A stretch of DNA of 64,000 bases, taken from the NCBI RefSeq assembly GCF_009914755.1, contig NC_060947.1, one strand, 5' to 3'. The notes under the pieces were generated by a model that saw nothing but the letters and a program-made list of their open reading frames with translations, did not search any database and was not told the origin of the DNA. Origin of the DNA: the human T2T-CHM13v2.0 reference genome, Homo sapiens. Below, one piece after another: positions 1-11,100 of this stretch; positions within the stretch are counted from its first letter, which is position 1; each line of letters starts with the position of its first letter. A program made the translations under genes and the position numbers.

Positions 1-515
1 TCTTTCCTTTACTACCACAGGCCTCAAAGCGGTCCAAATCTCCACTTGCAGATTCTACAAAAAGAGTGTTTGCAAACTGCTCTATCAAAAGGAATGTTCA
101 ACTCTGGGAGTTGAATGCAATCATCACAGAGCAGTTTCTGAGAATGCTTCTATGTCGTTTTTAGGAGAAGATATTTCCTTTTCCAACACAGTCCTCCAAG
201 CCCGCTAAATATCCACTTGCACATTGTAGAAAAAGTGTGTCGAAGCTACGCTATCAAAGGGAAAGTTCAACTCTGTGAGGTGAATGCAAACATCCCAAAG
301 AAGTTTCTGAGAATGCTTCCGTTTAGCTTTCAGGTGAAGATTATCCCGTTTCCAGCGAAATCTTCAAAGAGGTCCAAATATCCCCTTGCAGATCCCACAG
401 AAAGAGTGTTTCGAAACTGCTGTTTCAAAAGGAATCTTCAACTCTGTGAGTTGAATGCAATCATCACAAAGAAGTTTCCGACAATGCTTCTCTCTCGTCT
501 TTCTGTGAAGATAAA

Positions 516-556
516 GGAAAAGGCTTTCAGGCCTTTTCCACCACAGGCCTGAAAGC
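516..556. repeat. Overlapping inverted repeats in the long (~186-bp) monomer, once per HOR
   Basis: GGAAAAGGC (516-524) pairs with GCCTTTTCC (531-539). GCTTTCAGGCCT (523-534) pairs with AGGCCTGAAAGC (545-556). Confidence 0.9.
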
Positions 557-700
557 GCTCCAAATGTCCACTTGCAGATTCTGCCAAAAGAATATTTCAA
601 AACTGCTCTATGAAAAGCAATGTTAAACTCTGCGGCTCGAACACAAACATCACAAAGTAGTTTCTGAGAATGCTTCAGTTTAGTTTTTCTGTGGAAATAT

Positions 701-717
701 TCCCGTTTCCAAAGAAA
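701..717 (-). other. Degenerate (predicted non-binding) CENP-B box; two further degenerate boxes per HOR at 1552-1568 and 1723-1739
   Basis: tcccgtttccaaAgaaa, tcccgtttccagTgaaa and aGAcgtttcaaacgaag each lose core bases of the TTCG or CGGG blocks. They remain degenerate in the HOR copies inspected. Confidence 0.8.
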
Positions 718-871
718 TCTTCAAAGAGGTCCACGTATCCACTTACAGATTCTACAAAAAGACAGTTTCAAAACTGCTCAATCAAAAGGAGGGTTCAACT
801 GTGTGACTTGAATGCAATCATCACTCAGAGGTTTCTGAGAATGCTTCTCTATAGTTTTTACGTGAACATAT

Positions 872-888
872 ACCCGTTTCGAACGAAG
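872..888 (-). promoter_or_regulatory. CENP-B box with all 9 core bases (variant spacer; recurs once per HOR)
   Basis: acccgtttcgaacgaag reads CTTCGTTCGAAACGGGT on the minus strand and keeps TTCG-n4-A-n2-CGGG. Confidence 0.85.
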
Positions 889-1889
889 GCCACCCAGTGG
901 TCCAAATATCCACTTGCAGATTCTACAGAAAGAGTGTTTCGAACCTGAACTCTCAAAGGCAGGTTCATCTCTGCGAGTTAAATGCATTCATGATGAAGAA
1001 CTTTCTCAGCGTGTTTGTGTTTAGTTATGTGAAATTATTACCGTTTCCAACGAAATCCTCAGAGAGCTCCAAATATCCACCTGCAGATTCTACCAAAAGT
1101 GTATTTGGAAACTGCTCCATCAAAAGGCATGCTCAGCTCTGTGAGCGAAACTCCATCATCACAAAGAATATTCTGAGAATGCTTCCGTTTGCCTTTTATA
1201 TGAAGTTCCTTCCTATACGACCATAGGCCTCAAAACAGTCCAAATCTCCATTTGCAGATTCTACAAAAAGAGTGATTCCAATCTGCTCTATCAATAGGAT
1301 TGTTCAACTCCATGAGTTGAATGCCATCCTCACAAAGTCGTTTCTGAGAATGCTTTTATCTAGTTTTCATGTGAAGATATTTCCTTTTCCACCACAGGCC
1401 TCAAAGGCCTCCAAACGTCCACTTGCAGATTCTCGAAAAAGAGTGTTTCATAGCTGCTCTTTCAAAAGGAAAGTTCAACTCTGGGAGTTGAACACAAACA
1501 TCACAAAGTAGTTTCCGAGAATGCTTCTGTTTAGTTCTTATGTGAAGATGATCCCGTTTCCAGTGAAATCTTCAAAGAGGTCCACATATCCCCTTGCAGA
1601 TTCCAAAGAAAGAGGGTTTCAAAACTGCTCCATCAAAGGGATTGTGCAACTCTGTGAGTTGAATGCAGTCATCGCAGAAAACTTTCTGAGAATGCTTCTG
1701 TCTAGGTTTGATGTGAAGATATAGACGTTTCAAACGAAGGCTACAAAGTGGTCAAAATATACACTTGCAGATTCTACTACAAGGGTGTTGCAAACCTCAA
1801 CTGTCAAAGGAAGGTTCAACTCTGTGAGTTGAATACAAACATCACAAAGAATCCTCTGAGTTTGCTTCCGTTCAGTTATGGGAAGTTGA

Positions 1890-1906
1890 TCCCGTTTCCA
1901 ACGAAA
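1890..1906 (-). promoter_or_regulatory. Canonical CENP-B box (intact in HORs up to ~20.4 kb, mutated afterwards)
   Basis: tcccgtttccaacgaaa here and up to 20407. From 22464 onward it reads tcccgttCccaacgaaa. Confidence 0.9.
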
Positions 1907-2400
1907 TCCCCAGAGAGGTCCAAATATCCCCTTGCAGATTCTACAAAACGTGTGTTTGGAAACTGCTCCATCATAACGAATGTTCAGCTCTCTGAGTTAA
2001 ACTCCATCGTCACAAAGAATTTTCTGAGAGTGCTACCGTCTAGTTTTTATATGAAGTTCTTTCCTTTACTACCACAGGCCTCAAAGCGGTCCAAATCTCC
2101 ACTTGCAGATTCTACAAAAAGAGTGTTTGCAAACTGCTCTATCAAAAGGAATGTTCAACTCTGGGAGTTGAATGCAATCATCACAGAGCAGTTTCTGAGA
2201 ATGCTTCTATGTCGTTTTTAGGAGAAGATATTTCCTTTTCCAACACAGTCCTCCAAGCCCACTAAATATCCACTTGCACATTGTAGAAAAAGTGTGTCGA
2301 AGCTGCGCTATCAAAGGGAAAGTTCAACTCTGTGAGGTGAATGCAAACATCCCAAAGAAGTTTCTGAGAATGCTTCCGTTTAGCTTTCAGGTGAAGATTA

Positions 2401-2417
2401 TCCCGTTTCCAACGAAA
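2401..2417 (-). promoter_or_regulatory. Canonical CENP-B box (BamHI monomer; recurs once per HOR)
   Basis: + strand tcccgtttccaacgaaa is the reverse complement of TTTCGTTGGAAACGGGA, a full match to YTTCGTTGGAARCGGGA. Confidence 0.92.
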
Positions 2418-2446
2418 TCTTCAAAGAGGTCCAAATATCCCCTTGC

Positions 2447-4503
2447 GGATCCCACAGAAAGAGTGTTTCGAAACTGATGTTTCAAAAGGAATCTTCAACT
2501 CTGTGAGTTGAATGCAATCATCACAAAGAAGTTTCCGACAATGCTTCTCTCTCGTCTTTCTGTGAAGAGAAAGGAAAAGGCTTTCAGGCCTTTTCCACCA
2601 CAGGCCTGAAAGTGCTCCAAATGTCCACTTGCAGATTCTGCCAAAAGAATATTTCAAAACTGCTCTATGAAAAGCAATGTTAAACTCTGCGGCTCGAACA
2701 CAAACATCACAAAGCAGTTTCTGAGAATGCTTCAGTTTAGTTTTTCTGTGGAAATATTCCCGTTTCCAAAGAAATCTTCAAAGAGGTCCACGTATCCACT
2801 TACAGATTCTACAAAAAGACAGTTTCAAAACTGCTCAATCAAAAGGAGGGTTCAACTGTGTGACTTGAATGCAATCATCACTCAGAACTTTCTGAGAATG
2901 CTTCTCTTTAGTTTTTACGTGAACATATACCCGTTTCGAACGAAGGCCACCCAGTGGTCCAAATATCCACTTGCAGATTCTATAGAAAGAGTGTTTCGAA
3001 CCTGAACTCTCAAAGGCAGGTTCATCTCTGCGAGTTAAATGCATTCATCATGAAGAACTTTCTCAGCGTGTTTGTGTTTAGTTATGGGAAATTATTCCCT
3101 TTTCCAACGAAATCCTCAGAGAGCTCCAAATATCCACCTGCAGATTCTACCAAAAGTGTATTTGGAAACTGCTCCATCAAAAGGCATGTTCAGCTCTGTG
3201 AGCGAAACTCCATCATCACAAAGAATATTCTGAGAATGCTTCCGTTTGCCTTTTATATGAAGTTCCTTCCTATACGACCGTAGGCCTCAAAGCAGTCCAA
3301 ATCTCCATTTGCAGATTCTACAAAAAGAGTGATTCCAATCTGCTCTATCAATGGGATTGTTCAACTCCATGAGTTGAATGCCATCCTCACAAAGTCGTTT
3401 CTGAGAATGCTTCTATCTAGTTTTTATGTGAAGATATTTCCTTTTCCACCACAGGCCTCAAAGCCCTCCAAACGTCCACTTGCAGATTCTCGAAAAAGAG
3501 TGTTTCATAGCTGCTCTTTCAAAAGGAAAGTTCAACTCTGGGAGGTGAATACAAACATCACAAAGTAGTTTCTGAGAATGCTTCTGTTTAGTTCTTATGT
3601 GAAGATGATCCCGTTTCCAGTGAAATCTTCAAAGAGGTCCACATATCCCCTTGCAGATTCCAAAGAAAGAGGGTTTCAAAACTGCTCCATCAAAAGGATT
3701 GTTCAACTCTGTGAGTGGAATGCAGTCATCGCAGAAAACTTTCTGAGAATGCTTCTGTCTAGGTTTGATGTGAAGATATAGACGTTTCAAACGAAGGCTA
3801 CAAAGTGGTCAAAATATACACTTGCAGATTCTACTACAAGGGTGTTGCAAACCTGAACTATCAAAGGAAGGTTCAACTCTGTGAGTTGAATACAAACATC
3901 ACAAAGAATGCTCTGAGTTTGCTTCCGTTCAGTTATGGGAAGTTGATCCCGTTTCCAACGAAATCCTCAGAGAGGTCCAAATATCCCCTTGCAGATTCTA
4001 CAAAACGTGTGTTTGGAAACTGCTCCATCATAACGAATGTTCAGCTCTCTGAGTTAAACTCCATCGTCACAAAGAATTTTCTGAGAGTGCTACCGTCTAG
4101 TTTTTATATGAAGTTCTTTCCTTTACTACCACAGGCCTCAAAGCGGTCCAAATCTCCACTTGCAGATTCTACAAAAAGAGTGTCTGGAAACTGCTCTATC
4201 AAAAGGAATGTTCAACTCTGGGAGTTGAATGCAATCATCACAGAGCAGTTTCTGAGAATGCTTCTATGTCGTTTTTAGGAGAAGATATTTCCTTTTCCAA
4301 CACAGTCCTCCAAGCCCGCTAAATATCCACTTGCACATTGTAGAAAAAGGGTGTCGAAGCTGCGCTATCAAAGGGAAAGTTCAACTCTGTGAGGTGAATG
4401 CAAACATCCCAAAGAAGTTTCTGAGAATGCTTCCGTTTAGCTTTTAGGTGAAGATTATCCCGTTTCCAACGAAATCTTCAAAGAGGTCCAAATATCCCCT
4501 TGC
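2447..4503 (-). repeat. Representative canonical 12-monomer HOR unit (BamHI to BamHI, 2057 bp)
   Basis: GGATCC at 2447 and 4504. Monomer types along the + strand from position 1 run A A B A B B B A A B B B (B = CENP-B-box type, A = pJ-alpha type). B-box positions in the first unit are 344, 701, 872, 1039, 1552, 1723 and 1890. Confidence 0.93.
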
Positions 4504-5152
4504 GGATCCCACAGAAAGAGTGTTTCGAAACTGCTGTTTCAAAAGGAATCTTCAACTCTGTGAGTTGAATGCAATCATCACAAAGAAGTTTCCGACAATG
4601 CTTCTCTCTCGTCTCTCTGTGAAGATAAAGGAAAAGGCTTTCAGGCCTTTTCCACCACAGGCCTGAAAGCGCTCCAAATGTCCACTTGCAGATTCTGCCA
4701 AAAGAATATTTCAAAACTGCTCTATGAAAAGCAATGTTAAACTCTGCGGCTCGAACACAAACATCACAAAGCAGTTTCTGAGAATGCTTCAGTTTAGTTT
4801 TTCTGTGGAAATATTCCCGTTTCCAAAGAAATCTTCAAAGAGGTCCACGCATCCACTTACAGATTCTACAAAAAGACAGTTTCAAAACTGCTCAATCAAA
4901 AGGAGGGTTCAACTGTGTGACTTGAATGCAATCATCACTCAGAAGTTTCTGAGAATGCTTCTCTTTAGTTTTTACGTGAACATATACCCGTTTCGAACGA
5001 AGGCCAGCCAGTGGTCCAAATATCCACTTGCAGATTCTACAGAAAGAGTGTTTCGAACCTGAACTCTCAAAGGCAAGTTCATCTCTGCGAGTTAAATGCA
5101 TTCATCATGAAGAACTTTCTCAGCGTGTTTGTGTTTAGTTATGTGAAATTAT

Positions 5153-5169
5153 TCCCGTTTCCAACGAAA
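5153..5169 (-). promoter_or_regulatory. CENP-B box of the 1039-type monomer (intact example; polymorphic among copies)
   Basis: tcccgtttccaacgaaa after gaaattat. Broken in the copies at 1039, 3096, 7210 and 9267, intact from ~11.3 to 19.6 kb, and core-mutated from 21613. Confidence 0.85.
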
Positions 5170-8100
5170 TCCTCAGAGAGCTCCAAATATCCACCTGCAG
5201 ATTCTACCAAAAGTGTATTTGGAAACTGCTCCATCAAAAGGCATGTTCAGCTCTGTGAGCGAAACTCCATCATCACAAAGAATATTCTGAGAATGCTTCC
5301 GTTTGCCTTTTATATGAAGTTCCTTCCTATACGACCGTAGGCCTCAAAGCAGTCCAAATCTCCATTTGCAGATTCTACAAAAAGAGTGATTCCAATCTGC
5401 TCTATCAATAGGATTGTTCAACTCCATGAGTTGAATGCCATCCTCACAAAGTAGTTTCTGAGAATGCTTCTATCTAGTTTTTATGTGAAGATATTTCCTT
5501 TTCCACCACAGGCCTCAAAGCCCTCCAAACGTCCACTTGCAGATTCTCGAAAAAGAGTGTTTCATAGCTGCTCTTTCAAAAGGAAAGTTCAACTCTGGGA
5601 GGTGAATACAAACATCACAAAGTAGTTTCTGAGAATGCTTCTGTTTAGTTCTTATGTGAAGATGATCCCGTTTCCAGTGAAATCTTCAAAGAGGTCCACA
5701 TATCCCCTTGCAGATTCCAAAGAAAGAGGGTTTCAAAACTGCTCCATCAAAAGGATTGTTCAACTCTGTGAGTGGAATGCAGTCATCGCAGAAAACTTTC
5801 TGAGAATGCTTCTGTCTAGGTTTGATGTGAAGATATAGACGTTTCAAACGAAGGCTACAAAGTGGTCAAAATATACACTTGCAGATTCTACTACAAGGGT
5901 GTTGCAAACCTGAACTATCAAAGGAAGGTTCAACTCTGTGAGTTGAATACAAACATCACAAAGAATGCTATGAGTTTGCTTCCGTTCAGTTATGGGAAGT
6001 TGATCCCGTTTCCAACGAAATCCTCAGAGAGGTCCAAATATCCCCTTGCAGATTCTACAAAACGTGTGTTTGGAAACTGCTCCATCATAACGAATGTTCA
6101 GCTCTCTGAGTTAAACTCCATCGTCACAAAGAATTTTCTGAGAGTGCTACCGTCTAGTTTTTATATGAAGTTCTTTCCTTTACTACCACAGGCCTCAAAG
6201 CGGTCCAAATCTCCACTTGCAGATTCTACAAAAAGAGTGTTTGCAAACTGCTCTATCAAAAGGAATGTTCAACTCTGGGAGTTGAATGCAATCATCACAG
6301 AGCAGTTTCTGAGAATCCTTCTATGTCGTTTTTAGGAGAAGATATTTCCTTTTCCAACACAGTCCTCCAAGCCCGCTAAATATCCACTTGCACATTGTAG
6401 AAAAAGTGTGTCGAAGCTGCGCTATCAAAGGGAAAGTTCAACTCTGTGAGGTGAATGCAAACATCGCAAAGAAGTTTCTGAGAATGCTTCCGTTTAGCTT
6501 TCAGGTGAAGATTATCCCGTTTCCAACGAAATCTTCAAAGAGGTCCAAATATCCCCTTGCGGATCCCACAGAAAGAGTGTTTCGAAACTGCTGTTTCAAA
6601 AGGAATCTTCAACTCTGTGAGTTGAATGCAATCATCACAAAGAAGTTTCCGACAATGCTTCTCTCTCGTCTTTCTGTGAAGATAAAGGAAAAGGCTTTCA
6701 GGCCTTTGCCACCACAGGCCTGAAAGCGCTCCAAATGTCCACTTGCAGATTCTGCCAAAAGAATATTTCAAAACTGCTCTATGAAAAGCAATGTTAAACT
6801 CTGCGGCTCGAACACAAACATCACAAAGCAGTTTCTGAGAATGCTTCAGTTTAGTTTTTCTGTGGAAATATTCCCGTTTCCAAAGAAATCTTCAAAGAGG
6901 TCCACGTATCCACTTACAGATTCTACAAAAAGACAGTTTCAAAACTGCTCAATCAAAAGGCGGGTTCAACCGTGCGACTTCAATGCAATCATCACTCAGA
7001 AGTTTCTGAGAATGCTTCTCTTTAGTTTTTACGTGAACATATACCCGTTTCGAACGAAGGCCAGCCAGTGGTCCAAATATCCACTTGCAGATTCCACAGA
7101 AAGAGTGTTTCGAACCTGAACTCTCAAAGGCAGGTTCATCTCTGCGAGATAAATGCATTCATCATGAAGAACTTTCTCAGCGTGTTTGTGTTTAGTTATG
7201 GGAAATTATTCCCTTTTCCACCGAAATCCTCAGAGAGCTCCAAATATCCTCCTGCAGATTCTACCAAAAGTGTATTTGGAAACTGCTCCATCAAAAGGCA
7301 TGTTCAGCTCTGTGAGCGAAACTCCATCATCACAAAGAATATTCTGAGAATGCTTCCGTTTGCCTTTTATATGAAGTTCCTTCCTATACGACCGTAGGCC
7401 TCAAAGCAGTCCAAATCTCCATTTGCAGATTCTACAAAAAGAGTGATTCCAATCTGCTCTATCAATAGGATTGTTCAACTCCATGAGTTGAATGCCATCC
7501 TCACAAAGTCGTTTCTGAGAATGCTTCTATCTAGTTTTTATGTGAAGATATTTCCTTTTCCACCACAGGCCTCAAAGACCTCCAAACGTCCACTTGCAGA
7601 TTCTCGAAAAAGAGTGTTTCATAGCTGCTCTTTCAAAAGGAAAGTTCAACTCTGGGAGTTGAATACAAACATCACAAAGTAGTTTCAGAGAATGCTTCTG
7701 TTTAGTTCTTATGTGAAGATGATCCCGTTTCCAGTGAAATCTTCAAAGAGGTCCACATATCCCCTTGCAGATTCCAAAGAAAGAGGGTTTCAAAACTGCT
7801 CCATCAAAAGGATTGTTCAACTGTGTGAGTTGAATGCAGTCATCACAGAAAACTTTCTGAGAATGCTTCTGTCTAGGTTTGATGTGAAGATATAGACGTT
7901 TCAAACGAAGGCTACAAAGTGGTCAAAATATACACTTGCAGATTCTACTACAAGGGTGTTGCAAACCTGAACTCTCAAAGGAAGGTTCAACTCTGTGAGT
8001 TGAATACAAACATCACAAAGAATGCTCTGAGTTTCCTTCCGTTCAGTTATGGGAAGTTGATCCCGTTTCCAACGAAATCCTCAGAGAGGTCCAAATATCC

Positions 8101-11100
8101 CCTTGCAGATTCTACAAAACGTGTGTTTGGAAACTGCTCCATCATGACGAATGTTCAGCTCTCTGAGTTAAACTCCATCGTCACAAAGAATTTTCTGAGA
8201 GTGCTACCGTCTAGTTTTTATATGAAGTTCTTTCCTTTACTACCACAGGCCTCAAAGCGGTCCAAATCTCCACTTGCAGATTCTACAAAAAGAGTGTTTG
8301 CAAACTGCTCTATCAAAAGGAATGTTCAACTCTGGGAGTTGAATGCAATCATCACAGAGCAGTTTCTGACAATGCTTCTATGTCGTTTTTAGGAGAAGAT
8401 ACTTCCTTTTCCAACACAGTCCTCCAAGCCCGCTAAATATCCACTTGCACATTGTAGAAAGAGTGTGTCGAAGCTGCGCTATCAAAGGGAAAGTTCAACT
8501 CTGTGAGGTGAATGCAAACATCCCAAAGAAGTTTCTGAGAATGCTTCCGTTTAGCTTTCAGGTGAAGATTATCCCGTTTCCAACGAAATCTTCAAAGAGG
8601 TCCAAATATCCCCTTGCGGATCCCACAGAAAGAGTGTTTCGAAACTGCTGTTTCAAAAGGAATCTTCAACTCTGTGAGTTGAATGCAATCATCACAAAGA
8701 AGTTTCTGACAATGCTTCTCTCTCGTCTTTCTGTGAAGATAAAGGAATAGGCTTTCAGGCCTTTTCCACCACAGGCCTGAAAGCGCTCCAAATGTCCACT
8801 TGCAGATTCTGCCAAAAGAATATTTCAAAACTGCTCTATGAAAAGCAATGTTAAACTCTGCGGCTCGAACACAAACATCACAAAGCAGTTTCTGAGAATG
8901 CTTCAGTTTAGTTTTTCTGTGGAAATATTCCCGTTTCCAAAGAAATCTTCAAAGAGGTCCACGTATCCACTTACAGATTCTACAAAAAGACAGTTTCAAA
9001 ACTGCTCAATCAAAAGGAGGGTTCAACTGTGTGACTTGAATGCAATCATCACTCAGAACTTTCTGAGAATGCTTCTCTTTAGTTTTTACGTGAACATATA
9101 CCCGTTTCGAACGAAGGCCACCCAGTGGTCCAAATATCCACTTGCAGATTCCACAGAAAGAGTGTTTCGAACCTGAACTCTCAAAGGCAGGTTCATCTCT
9201 GTGAGTTAAATGCATTCATCATGAAGAACTTTCTCAGAGTGTTTGTGTTTAGTTATGGGAAATTATTCCCCTTTCCAAAGAAATCCTCAGAGAGCTCCAA
9301 ATATCCACCTGCAGATTCTACCAAAAGTGTATTTGGATACTGTTCCATCAAAAGGCATGTTCAGCTCTGTGAGCGAAACTCCATCATCACAAAGAATATT
9401 CTCAGAATGCTTCCGTTTGTCTTTTATATGAAGTTCCTTCCTATACTACCGTAGGCCCCAAAGCAGTCCAAATCTCCATTTGCAGATTCTACAAAAAGAG
9501 TGATTCCAATCTGCTCTATCAATAAGATTGTTCAACTCCATGAGTTGAATGCCATCCTCACAAAGTCGTTTCTGAGAATGCTTCTATCTAGTTTTTATGT
9601 GAAGATATTTCCTTTTCCACCACAGGCCTCAAAGCCCTCCAAACGTCCACTTGCAGATTCTCGAAAAAGAGTGTTTCATAGCTGCTCTTTCAAAAGGAAA
9701 GTTCAACTCTGGGAGTTGAATACAAACATCACAAAGTAGTTTCCGAGAATGCTTCTGTTTAGTTCTTATGTGAAGATGATCCCGTTTCCAGTGAAATCTT
9801 CAAAGAGGTCCACATATCCCCTTGCAGATTCCAAAGAAAGAGGGTTTCAAAACTGTTCCATCAAAAGGATTGTTCAACTCTGTGAGTTGAATGCAGTCAT
9901 CGCAGAAAACTTTCTGAGAATGCTTCTGTCTAGGTTTGATGTGAAGATATAGACGTTTCAAACGAAGGCTACAAACTGGTCAAAATATACACTTGCAGAT
10001 TCTACTACAAGGGTGTTGCAAACCTGAACTATCAAAGGAAGGTTCAACTCTGTGAGTTGAATACAAACATCACAAAGAATGTTCTGAGTTTGCTTCCGTT
10101 CAGTTATGGGAAGTTGATCCCGTTTCCAACGAAATCCTCAGAGAGGTCCAAATATCCCCTTGCAGATTCTACAAAACGTGTGTTTGGAAACTGCTCCATC
10201 ATGACGAATTTTCAGCTCTCTGAGTTAAACTCCATCGTCACAAAGAATTTTCTGAGAGTGCTACCGTCTAGTTTTTATATGAAGTTCTTTCCTTTACTAC
10301 CACAGGCCTCAAAGCGGTCCAAATCTCCACTTGCAGATTCTACAAAAAGAGTGTTTGCAAACTGCTCTATCAAAAGGAATGTTCAACTCTGGGAGTTGAA
10401 TGCAATCATCACAGAGCAGTTTCTGAGAATGCTTCTATGTCGTTTTTAGGAGAAGATATTTCCTTTTCCAACACAGTCCTCCAAGCCCGCTAAATATCCA
10501 CTTGCACATTGTAGAAAAAGTGTGTCGAAGCTGCGCTATCAAAGGGAAAGTTCAACTCTGTGAGGTGAATGCAAACATCCCAAAGAAGTTTCTGAGAATG
10601 CTTCCGTTTAGCTTTCAGGTGAAGATTATCCCGTTTCCAAGGAAATCTTCAAAGAGGTCCAAATATCCCCTTGCGGATCCCACAGAAAGAGTGTTTCGAA
10701 ACTGCTGTTTCAAAAGGAATCTTCAACTCTGTGAGTTGAATGCAATCATCACAAAGAAGTTTCCGACAATGCTTCTCTCTCGTCTTTCTGTGAAGATAAA
10801 GGAAAAGGCTTTCAGGCCTTTTCCACCACAGGCCTGAAAGCGCTCCAAATGTCCACTTGCAGATTCTGCCAAAAGAATATTTCAAAACTGCTCTATGAAA
10901 AGCAATGTTAAACTCTGCGGCTCGAACACAAACATCACAAAGCAGTTTCTGAGAATGCTTCAGTTTAGTTTTTCTGTGGAAATATTCCCGTTTCCAAAGA
11001 AATCTTCAAAGAGGTCCACGTATCCACTTACAGATTCTACAAAAAGACAGTTTCAAAACTGCTCAATCAAAAGGAGGGTTCAACTGTGTGACTTGAATGC

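Larger units (their letters stand above)
701..2400 (-). repeat. Internal pentamer duplication within the HOR (two diverged ~851-bp BBBAA blocks; 12 = 5+5+2)
   Basis: Paralogous boxes lie 851 bp apart: 701/1552, 872/1723 and 1039/1890. Both blocks contain a 167-bp monomer (872->1039, 1723->1890). This is typical SF3 pentameric ancestry. Confidence 0.88.

Noticed and set aside
390-395. Missing BamHI site in the first HOR (AGATCC) and private EcoRI sites at 24196 and 51555
   Set aside because: These are single-nucleotide variants, useful as markers but with no evident significance.
407-417. Short palindrome GTTTCGAAAC and similar TTCGAA sites repeated per HOR
   Set aside because: It is only 10 bp with no loop and no extension, which is expected by chance in AT-rich satellite.
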